Virus record (IMG/VR): IMGVR_UViG_651703101_000001
Span: 96,001-160,000 of that record
DNA length: 64,000 nucleotides
Source: a virus
Taxonomy: Duplodnaviria > Caudoviricetes
Direction: 5' to 3' (one strand)
In this document: positions 1 through 10,464 of the stretch, piece by piece
How positions within the stretch are numbered: the first letter of the stretch is position 1
Layout of the letters: every line of letters starts with the position of its first letter
The notes under the pieces: generated by a model
Seen by the model: the letters and a program-made list of their open reading frames with translations, nothing else
The model's database searches: none
Told to the model about the DNA's origin: nothing
Position numbers and translations under genes: made by a program

Positions 1-37
1 CTTCCGTTTCTTTTTTTGACGTAGATTTCTTTTGTTG

Positions 38-1054
38 TCATTTCTTCCATTGATTGAGTAGTAGAGTTGCTGTTAATCCAGAATGGGTACTGTTTTTTAC
101 TAGACTTTTGACATCATATCCAGCTAGATACATGTCATTAATATCTTTATAGTTTTCTGACACAAGTGGTGGCCATATCACAACCGAGTTACCTTCTGCA
201 ATGAGTTTGGACATTCTATCGGTAATTGCTCGATTTCTAGGTTCATTGTCATAAACATAAACACACCTCCTATCATGGAGCTCGACACAATCAGAGATAT
301 CACTGCCTGCCATAGCAATAGCGTTATCAATGAGGAGCGAGTCAAATGGACCTTCTGTAATGTAGATAATTTCATTGAAGTTGACTCTGTTGAGTCCAAA
401 TATTTTTGGTTTTGTGTCATCTAATAGTATAGTGATGTAACGAAGTTCTGTAGTTGAAGACAAAGATCTACCTTGATAGCCGAAGGTTTGTCCTTTAGTA
501 TCAATGAGAGGTATGATGATTCTTGGTTCGTCTACGGAAGTGTCTTCAAAGGTTTCTGGTTTTACAGTGTTGGTCCATTCCTTAAATTGATCTGTATAAT
601 ACAGATCTTCTGTGGGTAACTTCCGGTTGAGCAAATACTCTTTAGCCGGGTGATTGTTATTTAGTTTATCGATTGGGATGAGTTTGTCAAGTACCTCGAC
701 ATCGAATGTGGGTTTCTGAGAGACGATTTTCTTGACTTTCTTTTCACTTATAGTGACCTTGGGTGTATTGTTTTCTGAGAACTTCTCAAATAGATATTCT
801 TTGTACAACTGAGTGTCTAACTTTTCTATCAGATGTGGCAGAGTCATTGACGATCCACAATTATGACACTTATAGACTAGACCAGATCCTCCACCAGATC
901 TCTTCATAGGAAAGACAAATCCCCTGGCCTTGTTCTTATTTGTTTGGGAGTCTCCACAAATAGGACAACGAAAGTTCCACAGATATTCTTTCTTTCTCTT
1001 GAACTTTTCAAGTCTACTTGATAGAAGATTCAGATACTTTATTTCTGTATACAT
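38..1054 (-). CDS. gp61: T4-like DNA primase
   Basis: Zn finger CPICGDS...CHNC, TOPRIM motifs EGPFDS and YDNEPRN, KDINDM. Confidence 0.95.
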   Translation of the reverse strand: MYTEIKYLNLLSSRLEKFKRKKEYLWNFRCPICGDSQTNKNKARGFVFPMKRSGGGSGLVYKCHNCGSSMTLPHLIEKLDTQLYKEYLFEKFSENNTPKVTISEKKVKKIVSQKPTFDVEVLDKLIPIDKLNNNHPAKEYLLNRKLPTEDLYYTDQFKEWTNTVKPETFEDTSVDEPRIIIPLIDTKGQTFGYQGRSLSSTTELRYITILLDDTKPKIFGLNRVNFNEIIYITEGPFDSLLIDNAIAMAGSDISDCVELHDRRCVYVYDNEPRNRAITDRMSKLIAEGNSVVIWPPLVSENYKDINDMYLAGYDVKSLVKNSTHSGLTATLLLNQWKK

Positions 1055-1131
1055 AGAATTCTTCCTAGGTCTAATATCTTAACACAAAAAAGGGAGGACT
1101 ACGCCTCCCATGTGCCAGTTATTTGTCCGGT

Positions 1132-1326
1132 CTATGATCTCTTTTTCTTCAACTTCTTCAGTGCCTTACCCAAGATAGGATCAAAGCCTGCAGTTGGACC
1201 CTTTGCATCCGAGGATCCTTGGAACCCATCGGCTCCCACTTTCATTGCCCCGCCACCAGCTGCACATGCAGCACATTCTTCTATTAGCCTTTCTTTTCTT
1301 TCTTGTAGTGATAAACCTTTAGCCAT
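1132..1326 (-). CDS. small hypothetical protein
   Basis: 64-aa ORF packed between primase and the upstream ORF on the coding strand. Confidence 0.5.
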   Translation of the reverse strand: MAKGLSLQERKERLIEECAACAAGGGAMKVGADGFQGSSDAKGPTAGFDPILGKALKKLKKKRS

Positions 1327-1330
1327 TAAA

Positions 1331-1702
1331 TTAGAAACCCTTTAGCTTGTTACTTATATTTATATCTGTAGGAATATCATGTAGTTGTGTATGTGGATAT
1401 TCTGGTATACGATTTAGATATTCTAAAAAGGTCTTAAGATAGGACCAATAGTCTTGATCGATTTTATAAAATAACATTGGAATTGACGCGTCATTCCAAC
1501 AGTTGAATATGATAATAATATGATTTAATAAAAGATGGCCATTCATATCACCTGTTTCGTGATATTTTTTGAGCCATCGTTTTACATATTTAAATCTCTT
1601 AAGATCTTCCTCAAATTCCTCTCTCGTTGAAGAGAGAGGATTTTCATAATGCTTAATCGCAAACATCAAGAAATTATCTTTATTCAGTTCATCAAATTTC
1701 AT
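1331..1702 (-). CDS. conserved T4-like cyanophage hypothetical protein
   Basis: MKFDELNKDNFLMFAIKHYENP...EFEEDLKRFKYVKR resembles the ORF usually found upstream of cyanophage primase. Confidence 0.7.
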   Translation of the reverse strand: MKFDELNKDNFLMFAIKHYENPLSSTREEFEEDLKRFKYVKRWLKKYHETGDMNGHLLLNHIIIIFNCWNDASIPMLFYKIDQDYWSYLKTFLEYLNRIPEYPHTQLHDIPTDINISNKLKGF

Positions 1703-1720
1703 TATCTAAATTGGACTAAA

Positions 1721-2326
1721 TTAAGCGTCGTCGTTAGTGATTGTACCTGTAGCAGAATTAGGTGTTCCGATTGTATATGCCCCGTTAGGAACGATGGTTA
1801 AAATTACAGTCTCGTTTGGTTCAACGCCCGCATCAGCGATTGGATTAACAACAACAGTAGCCGTAGCTGCACCCTCTGCAAAAGTCACGCTGTTTCCGAT
1901 AGTCTCATAATCTACACCGTTAGTAGCAGTTCCAGTAATATTGTAATTTACAGTCAGAACATTTCTAGAAGATGTGTTTCTACTGAATGTGAACACTAGA
2001 TTAGGAGCACCATCCTCAGCAACAGATCCAGGAGCCACCGCTACAGTTACTTGTCCCCCGAGAACAGGATTATACACTGGATATTGAGGACCAGTGCCTC
2101 CAAGAGGTGCCGTTGCATCGGTGTATACAGATGGTGGAGTCTGGACCTCAAAAGGAACTAATAGTTCATCCCAGAATCTAGTACCTGCTTTGTCTTTCCA
2201 TCTACGGATTGCGATACCAACTGACGAAACATATAGATCGTCTGAATCAGCTACTGGATTGGTTGTTGATAGGGATCCAACATATGGTGCAAAGGCAGCA
2301 CTATTTGGATCAATTGGATATGCCAT
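1721..2326 (-). CDS. Calx-beta domain protein (possible virion component)
   Basis: C-terminal SVAEDG...VNYNITGTATNGVDY...VTFAEG...EPNETVILTI...ATGTITNDD pattern; late-promoter-like TAAATA upstream. Confidence 0.65.
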   Translation of the reverse strand: MAYPIDPNSAAFAPYVGSLSTTNPVADSDDLYVSSVGIAIRRWKDKAGTRFWDELLVPFEVQTPPSVYTDATAPLGGTGPQYPVYNPVLGGQVTVAVAPGSVAEDGAPNLVFTFSRNTSSRNVLTVNYNITGTATNGVDYETIGNSVTFAEGAATATVVVNPIADAGVEPNETVILTIVPNGAYTIGTPNSATGTITNDDA

Positions 2327-2357
2327 AAGTATTTGTTAATTTCTTTTATTTAGTGAA

Positions 2358-2687
2358 TTATGGTGTTGGTGGAGCCGGTACTAGATTGGCGTCCAATTTA
2401 GGAATAACGAAGGTTCTATTTGCTTCAGCCTCTGTATCATCTGTAGGATCATAGACTACACACTTTACATTATACGTTCCTGGGCTAAATGTTCCAGGTG
2501 CAAATACAACAGTTCGGGCCCCCCTCCCACCACGAAATCCAGCTGGAATCGTTGACGTAACTACAGTCCAGTAAATATGAACAGGTCGTCTTGGGTCCGC
2601 AGGGGCCCCAACTGTAGCGTCTAGTGTTACTGTTCTGTTATCTTCTGATCCCACAACAGGAACCGCCAATGATACTGATGCTGCCAT
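2358..2687 (-). CDS. beta-rich hypothetical protein (Ig/PKD-like)
   Basis: PGTYNVKCVVYD strand pattern; late-promoter-like TAAATA upstream. Confidence 0.5.
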   Translation of the reverse strand: MAASVSLAVPVVGSEDNRTVTLDATVGAPADPRRPVHIYWTVVTSTIPAGFRGGRGARTVVFAPGTFSPGTYNVKCVVYDPTDDTEAEANRTFVIPKLDANLVPAPPTP

Positions 2688-2708
2688 ATGTTTTGTGCTT
2701 TCTTTTAT

Positions 2709-3437
2709 TTATAGAGAAAGGGATTTATCGTGAATATCTAGAATATACTTATTCATTCTATCCAATACTCCTCTATTTCTAAGTTCTTTGAATGCCAAAT
2801 TTTCTAGTGACATTTCTCCACCTTTCTGAATTCCTGATGCTCTCATTGCACGGATTCTATTTTTTAGTTTATTGAATGATTCAATATCATCCGATTTTGA
2901 TGCAATCAGTGAATCAATTTCTTTAGTTATTGCTTTTACTTTAGCTTTAACAGTAGTATCATTACGATCTATTCTAACTTTTGTAGGTTTTTGTAACCAC
3001 TTGTGAGAGTTGATAGAATACACTCCTTGACCTTGCTTGAAGGAATCATTTTTATCTTGTGCATATAATTCAACAGGATGTCCCTTGATTGTGATGTTGT
3101 GGGTTTTGGCCCAGAGCTCTTTCTTTGATTGTAGGAAGTCATCTAACAAACCCTCACATTTGATTTTAGACTTATCAACAATAATATGTAGATCTATATC
3201 AGATTGATCTGTATAGTTATAGTTAGCATTACCACCTATAACAATTACATCGACAATAGCAACATGTGGTATCTTTGCAAAGGCAGACCATGCCTTACCA
3301 ATACGATTTAGGTGCAACCAAACATCAGGAAGAAGTTTTTCGTCTTTCCACAATTTAGGATTCAATTGATCATGAGTTTGAAGTGTTAACTTCAATTCTG
3401 ATATCAAATGTTTTGTTCTCGATTCAAGATGCCTCAT
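2709..3437 (-). CDS. Pol-beta superfamily nucleotidyltransferase
   Basis: hGG...SDIDLH motif plus a third acidic residue in HPVELY. Confidence 0.7.
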   Translation of the reverse strand: MRHLESRTKHLISELKLTLQTHDQLNPKLWKDEKLLPDVWLHLNRIGKAWSAFAKIPHVAIVDVIVIGGNANYNYTDQSDIDLHIIVDKSKIKCEGLLDDFLQSKKELWAKTHNITIKGHPVELYAQDKNDSFKQGQGVYSINSHKWLQKPTKVRIDRNDTTVKAKVKAITKEIDSLIASKSDDIESFNKLKNRIRAMRASGIQKGGEMSLENLAFKELRNRGVLDRMNKYILDIHDKSLSL

Positions 3438-3825
3438 TTATATTCTTCTTTCTCTTTTGTAGTTTTCTAGTGTCGGATTCTGTCTCTCCACCTGGCATAA
3501 CATCTACATAAGGATGATCTTTACTATTCTTTTTATCAGGTTCTAGTTCTAGTTCTTCTCTCCAATTTACGCGATTAGCTTCTCTCATGTGAATTAACTG
3601 TTTCTTAAGAAGAAGATCACTAATGTCAAATGAGTTGTATACTATTTCAGACTGGGCGGGAAGTGTCTTTTTAGCTCTATGATATGCTTGTGCATTCTTT
3701 TTGGCAGGACCCTCTACCTGTTTGTTATTATCACCAGAAGCCTTAGCAGAATCACTAGCCATTTGTGCGACTTCGGTAGAATCTTCTTTGATATATTTTG
3801 TTAACTTAAGTTTGCTAAAATTCAT
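3424..3825 (-). CDS. hypothetical protein
   Basis: 133-aa ORF in the late block; TAAATA at 3844-3850 (minus strand). Confidence 0.55.
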   Translation of the reverse strand: MNFSKLKLTKYIKEDSTEVAQMASDSAKASGDNNKQVEGPAKKNAQAYHRAKKTLPAQSEIVYNSFDISDLLLKKQLIHMREANRVNWREELELEPDKKNSKDHPYVDVMPGGETESDTRKLQKRKKNINEAS

Positions 3826-3846
3826 GTCAATATGATTTTTTACTAT

Positions 3847-4704
3847 TTAGAGTAGAACCAAATCGTTAATGAATGATTTAAACATCAGACCATCTTCGGT
3901 TACACATATGACATGATTGGTTCCACATCTTTTTATACTACCAGATAGTCCAGTTGTAAGAGACTCAACATAATCTCCCTCTTCAAACAACTCCCCATTC
4001 AAATACATCTCACGAATATATTCGTGAGATGTATAATGCTCAACCTCCCACGATTCAGCAATACCCATAGAGGCACGAAGAAGATTATAAAGTTCCATTG
4101 CGTCTTGTTTGGTATAACCTTTTCCTTTCACTGCGATTGGAAGGCCCTTAATGAAGTCTTCAAAGTTACCTTCAGATGCATGTTTTCTCATCTTAGAAGC
4201 AGAAAGTGAAGAGATAGGATCGTCTGGGTCTTCTTCGGTTCTATCACCAGCCGAATGGGCATAGATGTTTTTGAAATCATAGAGATTTCCATTGTACTTT
4301 CTCAAGAGATTTTCCATCTCTTGTTGACGATCACCACCACCAACGAAGTGATAGTTTTTATATCCTTGTCTGTGTGCCTTTTTTGCTGTATCTAATACGG
4401 TCTTAATTTCTGGATCTGGATCCCACTTGTCTGCATACTTTGGGAACATTCTTTTGAGGTGATCCAACTTTGCTTCGTATGGAAGGGGATTCTTTTTTGG
4501 ATCCTGCGTACGAGAAGTATAAAGACCTAAATCACCAGGGGCTTTATCACCAATACTAGATGCAATCTTGTCTGCATGATCTAGAGTCTTAAGGTGACCT
4601 AAGTGACCTGGGTTATGCCTACCGAACACTCTTACAGCATCATCCGATATTCTTTTTGGTTGAATGATTTCTGCTTCTTTGAAGAATTGATTGAATAGTT
4701 TCAT
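3847..4704 (-). CDS. cytidyltransferase-like (HIGH-motif) protein
   Basis: FGRHNPGHLGH (HxGH), KNPL, GGDR and SASKMR (KMSKS-like) motifs. Confidence 0.75.
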   Translation of the reverse strand: MKLFNQFFKEAEIIQPKRISDDAVRVFGRHNPGHLGHLKTLDHADKIASSIGDKAPGDLGLYTSRTQDPKKNPLPYEAKLDHLKRMFPKYADKWDPDPEIKTVLDTAKKAHRQGYKNYHFVGGGDRQQEMENLLRKYNGNLYDFKNIYAHSAGDRTEEDPDDPISSLSASKMRKHASEGNFEDFIKGLPIAVKGKGYTKQDAMELYNLLRASMGIAESWEVEHYTSHEYIREMYLNGELFEEGDYVESLTTGLSGSIKRCGTNHVICVTEDGLMFKSFINDLVLL

Positions 4705-5210
4705 TGGTCCTCACATAATTGACTTTCTAGAAACTTAATAATTGCTTCTTGAAATGGTTGTGTTGCAATTTGTTGTTGCTTTTCCTTGGCCATCTGTTCC
4801 TTTTTCTTTTGCATGAATGATGCAAAACCTTGGGGTTCTGTTGCCGGAGTTGGTTCTGGAATCGATTTGATATCTTTTTCAGACTGTGGTTTTGCTGGAG
4901 GAACCACAATCATTCCATTATCAGGATCGATCCATGATGGAGAACTTTGAGTTAATTGTGCACCACCGGAACCATCAGAAACTGCACCACCTGAAGCCTT
5001 GGAATTGTCATAGAAGACCAGTTCGCCGTTCACTGTCCGGGCCACTACTTGACCTGTAGCAGGATCCAAGTAGGACCCATGACCGTCACTCTGCAGACCC
5101 AACTGTGCGGCCCTCTCAGCAGGACTGATCGCACCAGTTCCTGATGGATTTCCGGTATCGGTTGGTAGGGGTGCTGCCTCTTTAATAAAACTGTCAAGTG
5201 ACAGTTTCAC
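4701..5210 (-). CDS. hypothetical protein, probable GTG start at 5210
   Basis: AGGA RBS before GTG-KLSLDSFIKEA; shares an AxxLGL...GxW/Y.P.TG module with the kinase ORF. Confidence 0.55.
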   Translation of the reverse strand: MKLSLDSFIKEAAPLPTDTGNPSGTGAISPAERAAQLGLQSDGHGSYLDPATGQVVARTVNGELVFYDNSKASGGAVSDGSGGAQLTQSSPSWIDPDNGMIVVPPAKPQSEKDIKSIPEPTPATEPQGFASFMQKKKEQMAKEKQQQIATQPFQEAIIKFLESQLCEDQ

Positions 5211-5248
5211 TTCTGTTCCTCTACTCCATTTAGCCCAACGTGATTGTC

Positions 5249-5485
5249 TCATAGGTAAGCAGCAGCCATAATTGCGTTATCGGATACATCACCATCATCG
5301 ACAAGTTTCTCTGCCTTTTCACGAATCTTGTTTGCCTCTTTCCCATCCTTTCGTCTCTTTTGCTTATACTCTTGCATAAGCTTAAGGTAGGCTTCATCAT
5401 CTGCACCAGATTCAGAAGAGATAGGTTTTGGTGTAGCCTTCTTTTGTTCTTCTTTTTCTGTTAAGAATTGATCTAGTTTTTTCAT
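5249..5485 (-). CDS. small hypothetical protein
   Basis: MKKLDQFLTE start; TAAATA at 5499-5505 (minus strand). Confidence 0.55.
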   Translation of the reverse strand: MKKLDQFLTEKEEQKKATPKPISSESGADDEAYLKLMQEYKQKRRKDGKEANKIREKAEKLVDDGDVSDNAIMAAAYL

Positions 5486-5507
5486 AATGTTTTATTAGTA
5501 TTTAGGT

Positions 5508-7973
5508 TTAGTCATCAATTGTCCATGGATCAAAAGATAAATCTAGATTCTTTTTAGGAACGACATTTCTAGGATATGAAATTGGTGGTCTTCCCTTTTC
5601 TTTACGAATGTGATTTGCATTTGCAATAACATTTGTGTCTGCAGATCGTTTATCGTATGCGGTGCTCATTCTCTGTTCAAGTTCACTCTGTTCTTTTGGA
5701 GTTAGACCATCGTAGATTTGAGAAATGTAATCGATAATTTCTTCATCTTTAAGATCATAATTATTTCTTAGTTCTTTAAGATCTTCGTCTGTTAAACGAA
5801 TTCCACCTCTACCGATCTTAGATTCAAAATCATCATTTGCATCCCAATCATCGGGGTCGATTCCCAGTCTTTGTTTAAGACTACTTTTGACCTTTTTAAT
5901 GTTTGTAGCTAAGATATCTTGTATTTCGACAGGAAGATCATCGAATTGAGCACCACCAGCCAATTGATAATCTTCACCCGTATATCCAGCAAGAGCTTCT
6001 TCTAAAGCACTCCATGGATCATCGTTGGCGAGTCCCAAATCTAGAATTGTAGGATTTCCATCGTCATCCATAAACACATTAGATCCATGCATATCATTGT
6101 GTGATATACCAGCCTGGTGGAGAGCTGCTCTTGCTCTCCAAATATTTGCTGCTCTTTCACTAGCAGTAGAAGGATCTAAGTCACGATATGCTCTACTCCA
6201 TGGTCTTCCTTTTGCTTTTGTCATTGCATAGGTTCCCTCGGCGGTGGGCCCTAAACCAAATGGATCAGTAGCATTTGGATAATTTTCTTCACCTGGAGCT
6301 CTTGCAAATCTAGTCTCTGCATTTGGGTTATTTCTTTCACTTGATTGGTGAGAGAATGGACTCTTGAATATGGCGTTAACTAGAGTAGGAAAATAAGGTG
6401 AATCTTTTAGTTTGTGTAAAACTTTGAGTTCTTTAGGTCCAATATGTCCATCTTTAATAACATGATCCCCAGTCTTTGATAGATACGCAGAACCGAAAGC
6501 TCCAGCCCCCAATTGATTTAGGCCCTTTAGGTCACTAATATCAAAGTCGGGATCAGCGAGAAGTTCACGCAATTCTGCGTTCATTTTTTCAACTCTTTCC
6601 TGATCTTTTTTCTTTTGAGGAATAGTGGGAAGTTCTTTGAGTTTATTCCTAAAATCACGCGCATCCCATACTGGACCATCACGGCCAACTTGTAAAGCTT
6701 GATTTTCGATAGAGGCCATTGCATTCTCTCTATCAGTTGTTCCCATCTTGTCAAGGGCAGCAGCTGCAGCCTTTTCTGTTCTTCCGCCAGTTTTATTTTT
6801 AAGATTATTTAATTGTGTATCTACACCAGTGTAACCCTTATCTACCTTAGGCTGCATGAGGGTTGCAAGATCTTTCATGATGCGATCATGATCATCTTCT
6901 TCGTCTGTAAATCCACCACCTAGGACTTTATTCATATCACCTAGCCCTTTTCTTGGTGGTGCACCAATTTCTCTACGATGATTACTGTCAGATCGATCTT
7001 GTTGAATATCTCTATTACGTTTTGCCTGCTTTCTTGCATCGGTAGTACCTACCCCACCTTCTCTATGCCATTCTGTAGCACCAGCATCTAATGGACCACT
7101 ATAATTTTTCGCGTGTTGTTCTCTTCTATTTCTAGCCAGTAGTTGTGCACCGTGAGTATTCAATCCAGAGTTGAGTTCCTTTGCACCTTGAGTTCTTTGG
7201 GATCTACGAACTTCGGTAATATACTCCAACGCCTCATCGACTAACTTATCGAAGGACATATTTTTAAAGTTAGAACCATCTGGTCCTGCAGCCCAGCTGA
7301 AATTGTTATTAGAACCGACGTAAGTATCAGGAGGAATTTCATCTTCCTCTGACTTCTCTTGATCGTTGATCATATTATTTCCATCAGGTCCACCATCCCA
7401 GCCCATTTCATTGGGCATGTTAGCATCTTCTGGTGGTCTTTCCTTTCCAGGTTCAGGTGCACCAAGAATATTACTTCCCGGTGGTGCAGCAACTTGTTGC
7501 TCTGAATCTTTCTGAGCTAGTGGATCTCCCATTGCAATTTCAGAGTCTTCATTATCGAGTTCTGCTTGTTTTTCCGCATTAATCGGAACTAGCTGATCAC
7601 CTTCTGTTTTGTATTCGGTCTTTCCTGTTTGTGGATTTTGCCAATAACCAAATCCACGATATTTCAAGCCCAATTCTTGGGCTTTCTTCTGAGCAGGAGT
7701 TAACTCTTTTTCAGATAAAATTGACTCAAGTTTAAGAGACTTGTTGATATCTTTAACCTGTTTCTTAACAGCAGATGCACCAAACTTAAGAAGATCTCTT
7801 GGATCTTTTACGTGAATAACTGGAGCTTTAGGATCATTAGCATTAAATTCTCCATATCCAGTTTTGGCTGTAGATAATGATTGTTTGAAAACTTTCTTCT
7901 TAAGTTTCTTAATAGATTTAGAATCTAAACGTTCTGACTTCTTTTCTGAAAGAAATTGATCAAATGATATCAT
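5508..7973 (-). CDS. large protein with C-terminal Ser/Thr kinase-like domain
   Basis: LGAGAFGSAY glycine loop, VIK, HNDMHGSNV catalytic loop, DLG. Confidence 0.8.
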   Translation of the reverse strand: MISFDQFLSEKKSERLDSKSIKKLKKKVFKQSLSTAKTGYGEFNANDPKAPVIHVKDPRDLLKFGASAVKKQVKDINKSLKLESILSEKELTPAQKKAQELGLKYRGFGYWQNPQTGKTEYKTEGDQLVPINAEKQAELDNEDSEIAMGDPLAQKDSEQQVAAPPGSNILGAPEPGKERPPEDANMPNEMGWDGGPDGNNMINDQEKSEEDEIPPDTYVGSNNNFSWAAGPDGSNFKNMSFDKLVDEALEYITEVRRSQRTQGAKELNSGLNTHGAQLLARNRREQHAKNYSGPLDAGATEWHREGGVGTTDARKQAKRNRDIQQDRSDSNHRREIGAPPRKGLGDMNKVLGGGFTDEEDDHDRIMKDLATLMQPKVDKGYTGVDTQLNNLKNKTGGRTEKAAAAALDKMGTTDRENAMASIENQALQVGRDGPVWDARDFRNKLKELPTIPQKKKDQERVEKMNAELRELLADPDFDISDLKGLNQLGAGAFGSAYLSKTGDHVIKDGHIGPKELKVLHKLKDSPYFPTLVNAIFKSPFSHQSSERNNPNAETRFARAPGEENYPNATDPFGLGPTAEGTYAMTKAKGRPWSRAYRDLDPSTASERAANIWRARAALHQAGISHNDMHGSNVFMDDDGNPTILDLGLANDDPWSALEEALAGYTGEDYQLAGGAQFDDLPVEIQDILATNIKKVKSSLKQRLGIDPDDWDANDDFESKIGRGGIRLTDEDLKELRNNYDLKDEEIIDYISQIYDGLTPKEQSELEQRMSTAYDKRSADTNVIANANHIRKEKGRPPISYPRNVVPKKNLDLSFDPWTIDD

Positions 7974-8425
7974 TTTTTATCCCTCTTTGGTAGAGCCTGA
8001 GCAAGAACCCACTCCCCACTAGCTTTATCAAATCTTTTATACTGACCTTTCATGAGCTGTTCTTTTGGAGGTTGTCCGGTCTTACCGTACATCATTCTAT
8101 CTTTTTCTTTCTTAAGTCTTTTTTCGTTCTTTTCGTCTTCTTCTTTTGAAGTGTGTGCCATACGTCCTACTGAATAAACTGCTTCCTTAAGTCTTTCTCC
8201 ATCCTCTAAAGCATACCCACCATCCATTCCATTTGATCCGATGACATTGTAACCTTCGATATCAGGTGGAGTTTCGTCTACTTTAGTATCTTTAGTTTTA
8301 GATCCGATTGGAATACAACCTCCAATATTTTTATCCCATCGATATCCTTTTTTGCACTTTGGAGTTTTACCTTCAATTTGGTAGTTGGGATATTCGATTG
8401 CCTCAAGAAACTCAGAGAAATTCAT
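7970..8425 (-). CDS. hypothetical protein
   Basis: MNFSEFLEA start; TAAATA at 8444-8450 (minus strand). Confidence 0.55.
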   Translation of the reverse strand: MNFSEFLEAIEYPNYQIEGKTPKCKKGYRWDKNIGGCIPIGSKTKDTKVDETPPDIEGYNVIGSNGMDGGYALEDGERLKEAVYSVGRMAHTSKEEDEKNEKRLKKEKDRMMYGKTGQPPKEQLMKGQYKRFDKASGEWVLAQALPKRDKK

Positions 8426-8460
8426 GTGTTAAACATTTTATTCTATTTAGTTTCTATACA

Positions 8461-9654
8461 TTACCACTTCTTTTCAAGTGTGAAGTTAAGTCTTGCAAAC
8501 TCTAGACGATCTACAAGTTTACATGCTTTGTCGTTGACAATACCAACAAATCCTTCGGGCGAAGTTGCTTTGTAGTCACCATTTCCCATGTCTGCAAACA
8601 GTTTTAGTTTAGAAACCTTTTTCATTTTGTTCACTAGAATATTTTTACAGTATTGAATATTCATGTAAGAAGCAATAACCATCTTAAGACCTTGATGATT
8701 TTTCTCAATGAACTCGATCATGTTCATGAAATCAGTTACTTTCTTAGATTGAGCTGAAGAAGTAGTTAGTTTTTCGGTAGCTTGACCAAACTTTAAAGCC
8801 ATGTGGCGGAGGAAATCACTGTATGCTTTTTCGACAGAAGGAATTGCTTGACCCTCGCGAACATACTTGTTAAAGAAGATCTTGAATTCGGTATCAATGG
8901 CGAGTGTCTTTTTACCAGTTTGAATTAGATCTAGTGTTCTATTCGCTTGCTTTAGTGAACCCTCTGCACGACGGAGAGCAGCTTCATATTTTCTCTTTTC
9001 GTTTGGATTGAGTTGAGCAATTCCACTGATATCAGTAAACTCAGCTTTCTCCACCCATACTTCAGTTGACTTAGAGAAATCAGAATCGGAAATAGAGAAG
9101 GAAGATTGCATCGACTCAAAATCACTCCCTGTATATTTGGTATGAAATACAATACCTAGATTTGCCCCGTCGATTTCACGACCAAGGGGAGTATGAGGTT
9201 CTACTGCATATGTAATGGTGTTGGGTCTGAAAGTAATATACTCTTTTCCATCAATTCTCTCTTTCTTTTTATCGTTGGTGAACATAAGATCACCCTGTAG
9301 AACACCAGACTTGACAACGTTAGGGAGATACTTAAGCGCTGCAGTCATTTTCTCATTCAGACCACCACTATACAGTTGATTAACTTCTGTTTGAGTCTTG
9401 GCCAGTTTGGGAGTTTTTGCAAAGACACCTTTGGTTCCTACAAAGAACTTACCATCACGGGGATCAATACCACAAATAACAGCTGGGGCTCCGTCCCATT
9501 TAGTTGTGACTTTGACTCCAGGTGCACCGGTACCAGAAAGAAACTGACCCATATACTTCAGAACTTCAATTACTTTCCGGCCGCCATCTTTTCCTAGATT
9601 GATAATATCATCTTCAAGATGTTCAAGGTGAACGTTCTTACCGTCTTTGGCCAT
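8461..9654 (-). CDS. conserved phage protein (DUF6267-like, KxDG ligase-like motif)
   Basis: HLEHLED, TTKWDGAPAV, QGDLMF, PEGFV and KLVDRLEF motifs recall the nucleotidyltransferase/ligase fold. Confidence 0.55.
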   Translation of the reverse strand: MAKDGKNVHLEHLEDDIINLGKDGGRKVIEVLKYMGQFLSGTGAPGVKVTTKWDGAPAVICGIDPRDGKFFVGTKGVFAKTPKLAKTQTEVNQLYSGGLNEKMTAALKYLPNVVKSGVLQGDLMFTNDKKKERIDGKEYITFRPNTITYAVEPHTPLGREIDGANLGIVFHTKYTGSDFESMQSSFSISDSDFSKSTEVWVEKAEFTDISGIAQLNPNEKRKYEAALRRAEGSLKQANRTLDLIQTGKKTLAIDTEFKIFFNKYVREGQAIPSVEKAYSDFLRHMALKFGQATEKLTTSSAQSKKVTDFMNMIEFIEKNHQGLKMVIASYMNIQYCKNILVNKMKKVSKLKLFADMGNGDYKATSPEGFVGIVNDKACKLVDRLEFARLNFTLEKKW

Positions 9655-9685
9655 ACAATGCCTTTTTCTGTATTTATTCTAACAC

Positions 9686-9711
9686 AAAAAAGGGGAGCTT
9701 AAAGCTCCCCC
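9686..9711 (-). terminator. intrinsic terminator
   Basis: GGGGGAGCTTAAAGCTCCCCC hairpin with an A-run on its plus-strand 5' side (U-tail on minus). Confidence 0.7.
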
Positions 9712-9720
9712 GTGACAGTT

Positions 9721-10464
9721 CTAGAACTGTCCTTCTCTGTGGGTTCGTTCTAGTTCTTCACTGAGACATTCAAGGAAGTAGGCATTCATTTCTTTTGTGA
9801 ATCGTTTCTTGTCTTTCTCAGACATTTGGGAGACGATTCTCATCACATCAACACCATCTAGGTCTTTGGGTAGTTCAGTCACTTCTGATCCTCTAGTTTC
9901 TTCTGGTTTGGGAAAGATGCATTCAAATATTTCCATCTTACTCGTACCTCTTTTTGTGTAATAGATCAGTGATAGAAGTTTCTACACTATCCAACGTATC
10001 TACTCTACATTTGTCTAACGCAGCCTCTATCATTGAGTACAGAAACATCGCATGTTGAAAGTCATTCATTTCAACATAGACCTCATCATTGTTATAGGTG
10101 AAAGTGGCAGTGCCCCATTGTTCATCCTGTTCTGCCTTCCATTGAAATTTAATGTAATTTTGTTTCATAGATAACCGTTTTCCTGTAGATAATCTTTATC
10201 AAAGTCTCTCAAATAAGGATCAAATGGATCCGTATTGTAAGTATTTGCAAATAACTTGTTATTCATTTTATACCAACTCACATTTAACATATACCAGAAC
10301 GATGCATTATGACCATCGTACCAACATAGGCCTTCTGAATCATGATTACCAAATATATTAGTGGATGGCCAATCGTCCTGAGAGTTTTGGTTACAAATAA
10401 TACTTTCTACTGGACATACCATATGATATTTCCAGTAATCGAATATCATTTTAGTTAGGTTCAC
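9721..10464 (-). other. three small hypothetical ORFs (9721-9936, 9938-10168, 10165-10464)
   Basis: Tightly packed ORFs on the coding strand; no recognisable motif. Confidence 0.5.
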
